DNA of 64,000 bases, taken from positions 1,490-65,489 of the forward strand of contig JBAXQU010000001.1 in assembly GCA_037131555.1 (NCBI GenBank), in the 5' to 3' direction. The DNA comes from Bacteroidota bacterium. GTDB lineage: Bacteria > Bacteroidota > Bacteroidia > 2-12-FULL-35-15. Under the pieces are notes generated by a model, which was not told where the DNA came from, made no database searches, and saw only the letters and a program-made list of their open reading frames with translations. Shown here one piece after another: positions 37,150 through 46,415 of this stretch. Position 1 is the stretch's first letter. Each line of letters begins with the position of its first letter. The translations under genes and the position numbers were made by a program.

Positions 37150-38076
37150 CTACCTTGTATACTTCCGTTCTTGATGGCAAGCTGGAGCGCATGAACCACC
37201 TGTTTCGGTTTGCTGAAAATTCATTCTGAATTCCCAACTTCCAAATCCTACTTTATCTCTTATCAAAGACGGGTTATTGGTTGCGTGCGGATTGTGACAT
37301 ACCATACAACTTCTGCCTTTCTCACCATGTATATGCACAAAGTGTAAATTCTTATCTCCATTTCTGAAACTAGTAGTAGTAGTTTTTTCCTTTTGAACAA
37401 GGTCCATTTCGTGGCATTCCCAACACAATGCAAACGAATCGACATTTACTGGCAAATAATTATTTACAGGGAATGCAAGGTCTAACAAACGTGGATCTTG
37501 AGATGCATGAGGATTGTGACATGTTTTTGAACAATTCTTAAATGGAGGGTGTATTGTTTTTGCTGTCCTCGCTAGCTTATCCATATCGGGTAAAGTTTTC
37601 TTTGGACTCACCACAATAGCTTTATTATGACAACTCAAACATAGGTCTTTTCTTTTTGCTATCACTAGTCCTTTTTCATCTGTCGAATGTGGCGAATGAC
37701 AATTGGTGCACGATTTTTTATCATTTATTACTTTGTGTACAAAAGGTGCGGTGGCGTATAATTTTTTGCTCGTTTCATGACAAGAAAAACATAGGTCGGG
37801 CATTGCTTGTATTAAGTTTATCGCTGTTTTCGGGTGGTCCTGACTTCCGGGAGCGTGGCAATCGGCACAACCTTTATCAGTTTTAGTAATATGTTTAATT
37901 TGTTTTTCTACCAAAGCACCATGACAATCGGTGCATTTCTTGGTAGAAGTTGAATCTGTTTTATGAGGAATAGAATCGTTCGATATGAATTCAAATCCAT
38001 AAGCGGTGTTAACGTTAACAACCATCATCGCCAACAACAGTGCGACAGAGATGATATAGAAGAGTGAGTGTTTCAT
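37150..38076 (-). CDS. Multihaem c-type cytochrome (7 CXXCH plus 2 CX3CH motifs)
   Basis: 308 aa with an N-terminal signal/anchor. Motifs are CTDCH, CADCH, CFSCH, CTNCH, CLSCH, CSKTCH, CWECH, CMVCH and CAPACH. Its start is 2 nt after the stop of the barrel gene. Confidence 0.8.
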   Translation of the reverse strand: MKHSLFYIISVALLLAMMVVNVNTAYGFEFISNDSIPHKTDSTSTKKCTDCHGALVEKQIKHITKTDKGCADCHAPGSQDHPKTAINLIQAMPDLCFSCHETSKKLYATAPFVHKVINDKKSCTNCHSPHSTDEKGLVIAKRKDLCLSCHNKAIVVSPKKTLPDMDKLARTAKTIHPPFKNCSKTCHNPHASQDPRLLDLAFPVNNYLPVNVDSFALCWECHEMDLVQKEKTTTTSFRNGDKNLHFVHIHGEKGRSCMVCHNPHATNNPSLIRDKVGFGSWEFRMNFQQTETGGSCAPACHQERKYTR

Positions 38077-38078
38077 GT

Positions 38079-40070
38079 TTAAAAGTTTCGTGTTACTTGA
38101 ATATAAATTCCTTTGAAAACTGTTTTCGTATTATTATTTTGATTAAAATAAAAGTTAGTTCCACCCGATATAAATAGTTTGCGGAATGATGTTGTCAATT
38201 CTAATTTTGCTGTATGATAATCAAGACTATTCCCTTTCATATTCATTCTTCTGTACATATAATCCAAATCAACTCTCAGATTACGGAACATTGAATAGGC
38301 TAATTTAGTATTCAAAATATAATCCTGTCTTCTTGCATTTTCATCCGTCATTTGATAGTCTATCAAATCTCCATTTATTGTAAAGGTAATTTTACTTAAC
38401 GATTTCTGGAAAGCCAAATAATATTTCATGCCTTGATAAGGAACTATTGTGCTCTTGTAATATTCATACTCTATTCCTCCTCTCATCAGTTTATATTCCA
38501 CTCTTACACCCAACACATGGCGAGTATAATAGTTAAACACTTTACTTTCGGCCACGCTAAGGTCGTTATAATTCTGACTAATAAATCGGTAATAAAAGTT
38601 TAAGATATTATTAAACAAAGCAACATTTCCTGAAAAAGAATGAACATCCAAATTAAATTTATTCGTTCCGCCTTGTGCGGCAGTATAATCTATGTATACA
38701 CTGGAGTTGTTCGGAATATTGCCACCTGGTATTCTTCTAATTTCTATATACGTTCCTTGTACATACAATTCATAATCACCTGAAGTTCCATTCCAACGTT
38801 GATAAATGAAGTTTCCTGTCACATCTTTTACAACAATAGTGTTAATATTCACGTTTGGTCGTTTCAACAAGATGACTTCATTGTCAACCAAAAAATATTG
38901 TTCTCTTACCACTATTACATCAGGACTTGTGGTTGTTATTTTCTGATACTCTTTTGCATAACTATAATTGATGTTTAATGTTCCTCTATGAATCTTTTTA
39001 GTGTAAACCAAATCAATTCCAAAACGATTTCGATGATCCTTATATGCGTCTTTTTGATTGTTTTCTGTGTAGTCATAAAACAATCTGGTTCTTAAACTCT
39101 CGAACAACTGATGAGTTAATGCTGTTTGCACCCATTGTGTATTTACCTTGTATTGATCACCATCTATTTGAGCCCAATTATAAATTCCTGTGAACACAAA
39201 GCGCCTTGGTAACACTATGTTTAAACGCTCATTATCCTGTAGCCTTTTAAATCGATAGGTACCTCTTTCGTCCGAACTAGTTAAATTAGAAGTAAGCGTA
39301 TATCTTTTTTGCTTGTCAACAGAAATATCATTTGTTAGGTCAAAATTATCAAGCGTTGTCAAATAAGTGAATGGTTGATAACCTCCAGAAGACACGCTAT
39401 CGGTTTGAGAACTCTTATTTTCTGTGTGATAATACAGCAAAGTGGTGTGGTCATGTTCAGTGAATGACCTGTTTGCACTCGCATTAAATATCTGTTGGTT
39501 AAGTCTGAAAATTCTATCCGAACCAATTGTTTGCTGTTCCAATTTATTGTTGTTGTATCCTGCTGACATTGGCAGGATCTTATTATTATAATTAGCGGTT
39601 ACCCCGTAATTCCTTGTTTTCGAACGAATCCGTGTAATATTCTCAATATTCTGCAACGTATTATTTAAATTAACAGTTGTATTAAAGTTAAATGCTTTTT
39701 TCTTTAGAAATTGGGCAGAAAAGTCTAATCCACCGCTATTGGATTTTTCGGTATAATCTGGAATTCCAATATAATTATCTCTTCTCGACTGTGGGTTATA
39801 ATCCGCATTTAACCTTACTTCACAGAAATTAGGATGTAAGAAAAAACTTTTTGTTCTTACTTGAAATAATCCATTGAAAAATGCATCGGTTTGACGAACG
39901 CTGTAATCTCCTATTGAATATTCAGACTCCCTGTAATTTCCCCTAAGTAACACTTTCCCAGAAAGGCTAGTAAGTTGCCAGAATTTAAATGCTGTCGCCT
40001 CATTTTGAGCAACAGCAATCATTCTTAACAGAACAAAACTCAACAATAATATGTATTTTCTAAATTTCAA
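38079..40070 (-). CDS. Predicted outer-membrane beta-barrel protein (porin-like partner of the cytochromes)
   Basis: 663 aa with signal peptide ...MIAVAQNE. Rich in alternating aromatic/polar residues (Y, N, T) and has a C-terminal ...VTRNF. It sits between the two 9-haem genes. Confidence 0.6.
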   Translation of the reverse strand: MKFRKYILLLSFVLLRMIAVAQNEATAFKFWQLTSLSGKVLLRGNYRESEYSIGDYSVRQTDAFFNGLFQVRTKSFFLHPNFCEVRLNADYNPQSRRDNYIGIPDYTEKSNSGGLDFSAQFLKKKAFNFNTTVNLNNTLQNIENITRIRSKTRNYGVTANYNNKILPMSAGYNNNKLEQQTIGSDRIFRLNQQIFNASANRSFTEHDHTTLLYYHTENKSSQTDSVSSGGYQPFTYLTTLDNFDLTNDISVDKQKRYTLTSNLTSSDERGTYRFKRLQDNERLNIVLPRRFVFTGIYNWAQIDGDQYKVNTQWVQTALTHQLFESLRTRLFYDYTENNQKDAYKDHRNRFGIDLVYTKKIHRGTLNINYSYAKEYQKITTTSPDVIVVREQYFLVDNEVILLKRPNVNINTIVVKDVTGNFIYQRWNGTSGDYELYVQGTYIEIRRIPGGNIPNNSSVYIDYTAAQGGTNKFNLDVHSFSGNVALFNNILNFYYRFISQNYNDLSVAESKVFNYYTRHVLGVRVEYKLMRGGIEYEYYKSTIVPYQGMKYYLAFQKSLSKITFTINGDLIDYQMTDENARRQDYILNTKLAYSMFRNLRVDLDYMYRRMNMKGNSLDYHTAKLELTTSFRKLFISGGTNFYFNQNNNTKTVFKGIYIQVTRNF

Positions 40071-40095
40071 TTTTACTTAATAAATAGTTTGAACA

Positions 40096-42216
40096 TTACT
40101 TAGTTTTCGAATTAGTTTTTTGTTTGTCAATAGCATTTGTATTTGACTCCGTTTTGGTAGCATTTAAATCGTCTAACCCCTCCAAAATATTGATTGGCCT
40201 AATGAAAGGAGAAATAAATGGTTTCGCTTTATAAATCTCCTCTTCATATATGCTTCTCGGTGCGTATGCCACTCTACCTCTCAATTCGTCTGGATTATAA
40301 ATATATGGTTTGATAAACTGAACTGAAGAGCCTGAATTTGTGCCATTCGAAATTTTCTTACTTGAGTTTGTTTCCTTGACAGAAATACCATTTGGTGTAT
40401 TGATATTCGAATTAGCCACAACATTACTATTGCTATTTTTACTTGTACTACCAATTTGATTATTATTGGAAGTTTTGTTTTTATCTTTAGCATTGGTTTC
40501 TGAATTTGAGTTCGAACCTTGCTTTGTGTTATTCGTTATAACCTTACCATTCGTGGTGTTTTTGTTGGCAGCACCATCTTGTTTAGTAATCGAGGTTTTG
40601 TTCTTATCCCCTGCACTGGTTCCAGTTGTTGAACTAGTAACTTGTTTGGCGTTGTTCGTTACAACCATTCCACTCGTTGTATTTTTGTTTGTATTACTTC
40701 CTTGATTTCTTGCTGAAGTTTTGTTCTTATCACTAGCATTAGTTTCCGAATTTGAACCTTGTTTTATGTTATTCGTTGCAACATTCCCACTTGGATTGGT
40801 TTTGCCAACTGTTCCTCCTTTGTTACTAACAGCATTCTTATTCTTATCATTTATGTTAACCGAAGTTCCTCCTGTTGTCTGTTTAGGATTTTTAGTTGCC
40901 GAAATATTGCTTGCCGAATTTTTGACACCATTACTTTGAGTTGAACCTGAATTTTTCACTTTGTCTGCATTTCCATTATTCTTGCTTCCATTTTGAAGTA
41001 TCGGATTGCCCCATTTACTATCTTTTGCTGAATTATTCAACGAAGCGATTTTATCCTTTTGTGCAGTTATGAATGCTCCATTACCTTTCTTATTACCAGT
41101 TGTATTGCTAACAGAATTAATTTTATTCACGTTATTCGGATTGGTAACATTTTTAGCAATATTTCCTCCAGCCAATTTTGTAGCATTTGTCAATTTACTA
41201 TCCTTTGAAATATTTTTAGTTGATTTAACATTTCTTAAAGAATCAACTCCTTTTTTAGAATTTACGTTTCCTATGCCATTGCCATCAATTGAACCATTTA
41301 CACCTTTAATCAAGGATAATGAATCAGGCCCAGTCTTAGAAAGTATGTTGAGCAGTGTTTTCGTTTTGTATGGTCGTATCGACTCCACTAAAATATCTTT
41401 ATCTTCACCTCCATGAGGGTTATGACATTCGGTACAATTCTTTGTTTTTGCTTTTTTATGTGTAGGAGTTTTAAATACCTGATCAGGATTATGACAGAAC
41501 AAGCATATCTGTTGTGATTCTCGAAGTAACAGTTTTTTAGATTTAACACTATGTGAAGCATGACAACCTCCACAATTTTCAGATACTACAGGGCCATGAA
41601 CAAAATTATAGCGCGAATTAAAATTCTCATGACAATTATAACATGATCCTTTTCTTAAAATTCCTGAATTATCTCCTCCATGAGGGTTATGGCAATCTGT
41701 ACAATTTCTTGTTCCAATTTTTGCATGAATACTATTTTTCAATACTTGCTTTTCTTCATGGCAATACAAACAAATTTGCTGCCCTTCCCTCATCAGTAAT
41801 TTTTCAAATTTTGCTTCATGCTGATTGTGACAAGCAATACAATTACCAGAAATAACAGGCCCATGCAATACTTGATATTTGTCTCCAAAATCGCCATGAC
41901 AAGAATAGCAGAGCTCTGGCATTGGTTTAATTAAACTGTTAGAAAAATCACCCGCATGACAGCTTTTACATTTTTCTTCCGCGTACGGCTTGTGTAAATA
42001 CGACTCTGGCTTGGTAACCACTTGCGTTAATGAGCCAAGTGTATCTTTCTTTTCAGTTTCATTAACATCTGTGTGTTTGCCTGGGTCAGGAACACCATCG
42101 AAAAAAAATGAAAGTACTCGATATTGTTTTTCTGGAGTGCAGCGTACCATAAACATTGCAAGCACTGCAATGATTAGGTAAAAACTCAGAAGTGTTTTTT
42201 TATTGGCACTCTTCAT
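40096..42216 (-). CDS. Nine-haem c-type cytochrome with a long Asn/Ser/Thr/Lys-rich tail
   Basis: 706 aa with an N-terminal signal and Cys26 (possible lipoprotein). It has nine CXXCH motifs between aa 83 and 265. A low-complexity region of about 340 aa follows, then a distinct C-terminal segment of about 75 aa. Confidence 0.8.
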   Translation of the reverse strand: MKSANKKTLLSFYLIIAVLAMFMVRCTPEKQYRVLSFFFDGVPDPGKHTDVNETEKKDTLGSLTQVVTKPESYLHKPYAEEKCKSCHAGDFSNSLIKPMPELCYSCHGDFGDKYQVLHGPVISGNCIACHNQHEAKFEKLLMREGQQICLYCHEEKQVLKNSIHAKIGTRNCTDCHNPHGGDNSGILRKGSCYNCHENFNSRYNFVHGPVVSENCGGCHASHSVKSKKLLLRESQQICLFCHNPDQVFKTPTHKKAKTKNCTECHNPHGGEDKDILVESIRPYKTKTLLNILSKTGPDSLSLIKGVNGSIDGNGIGNVNSKKGVDSLRNVKSTKNISKDSKLTNATKLAGGNIAKNVTNPNNVNKINSVSNTTGNKKGNGAFITAQKDKIASLNNSAKDSKWGNPILQNGSKNNGNADKVKNSGSTQSNGVKNSASNISATKNPKQTTGGTSVNINDKNKNAVSNKGGTVGKTNPSGNVATNNIKQGSNSETNASDKNKTSARNQGSNTNKNTTSGMVVTNNAKQVTSSTTGTSAGDKNKTSITKQDGAANKNTTNGKVITNNTKQGSNSNSETNAKDKNKTSNNNQIGSTSKNSNSNVVANSNINTPNGISVKETNSSKKISNGTNSGSSVQFIKPYIYNPDELRGRVAYAPRSIYEEEIYKAKPFISPFIRPINILEGLDDLNATKTESNTNAIDKQKTNSKTK
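40405..40878 (-). repeat. Four tandem repeats of about 120 bp (about 40 aa) within the cytochrome tail
   Basis: Peptide units ...DKNKTS...NKNTT.G.V.TNN.KQ recur four times (aa about 447-604). Confidence 0.7.
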
Positions 42217-42271
42217 ATAAAAGGTTAGCTGACAATTATAATTGAAATCATACTTTAGCTATTTGTTTGGA

Positions 42272-42279
42272 CAAAATTA
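42272..42279 (-). promoter_or_regulatory. Possible internal -7 box TAATTTTG (minus strand)
   Basis: Plus-strand caaaatta, 55 nt upstream of the ATG at 42216, within the 294-bp gap after the NHL gene. Confidence 0.3.
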
Positions 42280-42510
42280 GACGTATGGATTCAAAAAAAA
42301 TATGATTTACAGCACGTTTTTTAAATAAATTTTTCTTGCTTAATTAATTGTTAAAAATTAAAATAACTTAATGTGGTAAATTTCAAGACCGCTTATACTT
42401 TTAAAATGTGATTTGAAAAAGCGGTGCAATTCCAAACTATTCTTGAGGGATTTTGAAAAACAAATCCTATTCTCTTGAATTAAAATATAACTATTAGACC
42501 TAAGAAGATA

Positions 42511-43665
42511 CTATTTACTTGGAGAAACACCTTTTGGGTCGACTCTACCATAAACATTGATTAAGTCAGGTCCATACTGACTGGTGACAAATATTAGATA
42601 TTTCAAGTCATACGATGGGTCAACATATTTTTCGAAATACTTTTTATTATCGTAATCAATCATCACTTTCGCAGGAATAATCAAATCTCCTGGTCCTTGA
42701 TAATGACCTCCAATAACCAATAGCAACTTACCGTCTTTATTAAATATTTGAACGTGGTCGAAACCAGCATCTACTGCGTAAATATTTGATTCATGATCGA
42801 CCGCAATTCCTTTTAATTTAGAAAATTGCCCTGGACGATCACCGCGAGAACCAATGGTGTCGATAAATTTTCCATCAATCGTATATCGTTTAATCATCGA
42901 ATAACCGAAATCGGCAGCGTAAACTCTATCTCCCTCTACAGCAATATTTGCTGGGATTCCAAGAAAGGCCTTATCCGTTGGTTCAACATCTGGAAAAGAA
43001 TACAACAATTTGTTGGTTGAATCTGCACTATATACATTGATTTTACTAATAGCAGTATTCGCAACAAAAATCTTATCTTGATAGGTCACTACATCCGTTG
43101 GCTTGAACTTTTCTTTTTCCCCAAAACATTTTACATAATTTCCGTTATCATCAAACACCACTATTTCTTGACGGCCAACATCAGCCACGTATAAATACCC
43201 TTTGTCATCTACTGAACAATTTATAGGGGCTCTCAACATTCCTTTTCCTCCGGGACGAAAAAAATGAAAATCTCGAGTTTCTAAATCAATTATTTCCATT
43301 CCTCCACCATATTGGTCGCAAACATAAAGTTTACCTTTGTGAATTGAAATTCCATAAGGCTTCACCATGGCTTTTGCTTTTTCTTGTCCAAGAATTAATT
43401 TGGATAAAAAAGATTGTTTCTTTCCAAGGTCGGCAGAACTAGTAATTTTGGTTAAAAATTGTATTCGAGCTTGCTCTGGAGGAGTAGGATAAATTACAAG
43501 AGGCTTAGTATTGTCTTTTGTGTTAGCCACCTTGTTGGCATTGCACCCTGCAAAAACAAACATTGTAATAAAAGCGAAAATCCAAAAACTGTAATTAACG
43601 GAGTTTGTTGCACGAAAAAGAATTAAATTGTTTTTCATATTTTTCGAGAACAGATGATTATTCAT
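42511..43665 (-). CDS. NHL-repeat / six-bladed beta-propeller lipoprotein
   Basis: 384 aa with lipobox VFAGC. Repeated blades follow the pattern ...P.GIA.D..G.IYVAD.....I..F. An alternative start is at 43638. Confidence 0.65.
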   Translation of the reverse strand: MNNHLFSKNMKNNLILFRATNSVNYSFWIFAFITMFVFAGCNANKVANTKDNTKPLVIYPTPPEQARIQFLTKITSSADLGKKQSFLSKLILGQEKAKAMVKPYGISIHKGKLYVCDQYGGGMEIIDLETRDFHFFRPGGKGMLRAPINCSVDDKGYLYVADVGRQEIVVFDDNGNYVKCFGEKEKFKPTDVVTYQDKIFVANTAISKINVYSADSTNKLLYSFPDVEPTDKAFLGIPANIAVEGDRVYAADFGYSMIKRYTIDGKFIDTIGSRGDRPGQFSKLKGIAVDHESNIYAVDAGFDHVQIFNKDGKLLLVIGGHYQGPGDLIIPAKVMIDYDNKKYFEKYVDPSYDLKYLIFVTSQYGPDLINVYGRVDPKGVSPSK

Positions 43666-43683
43666 AATAGATTTTTTAGAGTT

Positions 43684-43715
43684 AAAAAAAAGGGCGAAAA
43701 TTTTATATTTCGCCC
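43684..43715 (-). terminator. Hairpin with T-run after the tetrahaem gene (terminator or attenuator)
   Basis: On the minus strand, gggcgaaa-tataaaat-tttcgccc is followed by tttttttt. Confidence 0.5.
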
Positions 43716-43746
43716 TCCAAAAGTATCAAATTTTTGTTGTTCTGTA

Positions 43747-44463
43747 TTATTTTTTGTGGCAAGCCAAGCAAAGTGCAGAACCTCTGTTATCCATACTTAA
43801 TTGATAACCTCTGCTATTGCTGTGTGCACCATGGCAAGAAGTACATTGTACTTTTCCTGCACCATCCAATTTTGTTGAAACCGCTCTTCCTGAAGTAATG
43901 TAACCTGATCCTGCTGCAGAGTTGAAGTTGTTGTAGATATAAGTAGGTGTATGAAGACCTCCTCCAACTGCTGAGTCATAAGGAATAGAAATTGGGTGGT
44001 CGTTACGTAAATCTGTTGACAACAAAGCTCCACCTGTTAATGGTGTACCTAAGTTTTGTCCACCGTAAGCTCCTAAAGCAATAGAACCATCATGGCAAGA
44101 TAAACATAATTTAGAAGTTCCATCCGGTGCAGTTACGCCATAACCAGTGTAAACTCCTGAAACTAAAGTACCAAAATCAAAACCAGTGTACATTTGATAT
44201 GCAGCAGTAGTAAATTGGTGATTCCACAATGGAGCGTCTGTTACAGTCAAATCTGCATTGTGTGGTGTGTGACAAGGTTGGCAAATTTGACCTCCTTGCA
44301 TTGTGGTAGCATTGTATGTGTTCCATACTTGTGTTGAAAAGTTGTGAGGTAAACCCGCAACAGTTAAAGATGATCCAGTTACCCCAGGACCAAGGGTACT
44401 TTGTGCGATGCTCATTAAAGGTATCATTAACCCTAATGCAGCTGAAATGATTAATTTTTTCAT
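43747..44463 (-). CDS. Tetrahaem c-type cytochrome, secreted
   Basis: Starts at MKKLIISAALGLMIPLMSIAQ (signal peptide). It has four CXXCH motifs (CQPCH, CLSCH, CTSCH, CLACH) and a PLWNH motif after the first haem site. Confidence 0.75.
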   Translation of the reverse strand: MKKLIISAALGLMIPLMSIAQSTLGPGVTGSSLTVAGLPHNFSTQVWNTYNATTMQGGQICQPCHTPHNADLTVTDAPLWNHQFTTAAYQMYTGFDFGTLVSGVYTGYGVTAPDGTSKLCLSCHDGSIALGAYGGQNLGTPLTGGALLSTDLRNDHPISIPYDSAVGGGLHTPTYIYNNFNSAAGSGYITSGRAVSTKLDGAGKVQCTSCHGAHSNSRGYQLSMDNRGSALCLACHKK

Positions 44464-44804
44464 GACTTTTTTGTTTTTATTTGTTATTATTTTTTTGTTT
44501 TTTGAATCGCCACCATGACAATTCCATGACACAAAGGTCTGCACATTTTTTGAACGAAATACTGACCTTTGTCAGTTGAAATCGTGTTTTTTCGCAGGTT
44601 TTTTCATGCGAAATCGCAGGTTTTGAAAATAAATTGGTGGCTAGAACATCTATAATGCTTTGGTAGCAAGGCATTGGGAAAATAGTAGTAAATATTCCTA
44701 ATTTGTTAAAATCGCCATTTTGATTTAAAAAAAAGTGTAATCTTGCACCAATATTTTTTATATTTTTCATAAAATTTATTCTAAATATAAGTTTTGAAAG
44801 CCTT

Positions 44805-46415
44805 ATGATTAAACGTTTCAGCAAAGATATAGATATTTTTTTCAATTCTTCAAAAGAAAATAAAAATATTTTTTTTAATCTATTACAACCTTTTTTATTG
44901 GTTTTCGTGTTCGTATTAACCTATATCTATATATATGACTCGAAACTGGACTTAAACGGTGACAATTTTGAGTATATCAATCTTGCTAAGTCGATGGTAC
45001 AAGGGAAAGGATATGCCTTGCCATATACTAACGATTTCCCTCCTTCCAATTGGTTTCCGCCTGGCTATTCGAGTTTACTTGCCGGCATCATGCTGATAAT
45101 GGGCACAAGCATAAGTACATTAAAAATAATGAATGGACTCTTGTTCTTGGCTGTTATACTCATTATGTATAGACTCATTATTATATTGTATACTAATAAG
45201 GCGCTTGCTTTCACTTTAGCCTTGTTGATTATTCTCAATTGTGGACTATTGAGGTTTTCCACCATCATTATGTCCGAAATTCCTTATCTTTTCTTCACAT
45301 TACTTACCTTTTATTATGTTACAAAAGTGAAAGAAGAGATTCCCTTCTATAAATCGAAGTATTTTTATGGAGTTCTTTTATCCTCGGTAGCTACTTATTA
45401 TCTAAGAAACATTGGCATTGTGCTGGTAGGAGCCATTGCCATGCATTGGTTGCTCGAAAAAAAATGGAAACAAGCGGGGGTATATATTATAGGGTTTGTG
45501 CTTTTATATCTTCCTTGGATAATTCGAAATTCGATGCTTGGGCTCCAAAGCCGTTACGTAAGCACAATGATGGCAGCGAATGCTTGGCGGCCAGAGCAAG
45601 GTGAGCTGAACACAGTTGGTAGTTTTTTAGATAAAATGTTTACCAACTTTGTTGACACCGTGATAAAGGGATTTGCTGAGGTGGTATTCCCATTTATCAA
45701 CCCTAATGAAACTCCTAGCATTTTACTCATTGGCAGTGTGGTGCTTATCCTCACTTTTATTGGTGCATGGAAATTGAATAGATACCGAACTTTGTTTTTG
45801 TTCTATCTACTTGGCAATATTGCTATCTTTCTGGTGTGGCACGAAGGTAATTCTTCGCGATATGTATGGCCACTTGCGCCTTTTCTTACCATTTGTCTTT
45901 TTGGTGGAGTGTATCAAATGATTGTTAATTTGAATGAAAAACAAAAAAAATTGGTGCCTCATTACCTTCCTTACCTATTGCTGCCATTGGCGGTATTAAA
46001 TGCTTTTGGGTTGAAACAAATACATGCCATGGCCATGGAAAAGGATTACGAACCTGCATACAGAAATTACTTTGATATGGCAGATTATGTAAAAAAACTA
46101 AACAATAACCAACTCGTGGTGGCTTGTCGGAAGCCTGGGATGTTTCATTATTTTTCGGATGGATTTGTAACTAATTATAAGGATACCGAAAGCGACCGTG
46201 AACTAATAACTGATCTTATTGACAAAAAAGTGGACTATTTAGTGCTCGAAAAACTGGGGTATAGTTCGGTGTATCGGTATCTGCGACCTGCCGTTGAAAA
46301 GAATCAGGATTTATTTCAAGTTGTGTATTTCAAGGAAAATCCGAATACTTTCCTTTTGAAGTTTGATATTGAAAAAGCAAAAATCAAATTGAAATACATA
46401 CACTTACAGAAATAA
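44805..46415 (+). CDS. GT-C fold membrane glycosyltransferase (ArnT/PMT-like, GT39/GT83-like)
   Basis: 536 aa with about 10-12 TM segments and an early periplasmic-loop acidic motif (LDLNGDNFEY). Its last codons run into the 5' flank of repeat copy 2. Confidence 0.55.
   Translation: MIKRFSKDIDIFFNSSKENKNIFFNLLQPFLLVFVFVLTYIYIYDSKLDLNGDNFEYINLAKSMVQGKGYALPYTNDFPPSNWFPPGYSSLLAGIMLIMGTSISTLKIMNGLLFLAVILIMYRLIIILYTNKALAFTLALLIILNCGLLRFSTIIMSEIPYLFFTLLTFYYVTKVKEEIPFYKSKYFYGVLLSSVATYYLRNIGIVLVGAIAMHWLLEKKWKQAGVYIIGFVLLYLPWIIRNSMLGLQSRYVSTMMAANAWRPEQGELNTVGSFLDKMFTNFVDTVIKGFAEVVFPFINPNETPSILLIGSVVLILTFIGAWKLNRYRTLFLFYLLGNIAIFLVWHEGNSSRYVWPLAPFLTICLFGGVYQMIVNLNEKQKKLVPHYLPYLLLPLAVLNAFGLKQIHAMAMEKDYEPAYRNYFDMADYVKKLNNNQLVVACRKPGMFHYFSDGFVTNYKDTESDRELITDLIDKKVDYLVLEKLGYSSVYRYLRPAVEKNQDLFQVVYFKENPNTFLLKFDIEKAKIKLKYIHLQK

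Noticed and set aside
40466-41416. Plus-strand ORFs 40466..40705, 40721..40939, 40759..40944 and 41006..41416
   Set aside because: They are antisense to the repetitive low-complexity tail of the nine-haem cytochrome gene. They are hydrophobic mirror-frame artefacts.
44477-44845. ORF 44477..44845 (minus strand) and the long N-terminal extension of the tetrahaem cytochrome ORF (to 44544)
   Set aside because: They lie in the AT-rich divergent promoter region. The cytochrome has a clean signal peptide from the internal MKKLII start at 44463, and the 122-aa ORF overlaps the glycosyltransferase start.
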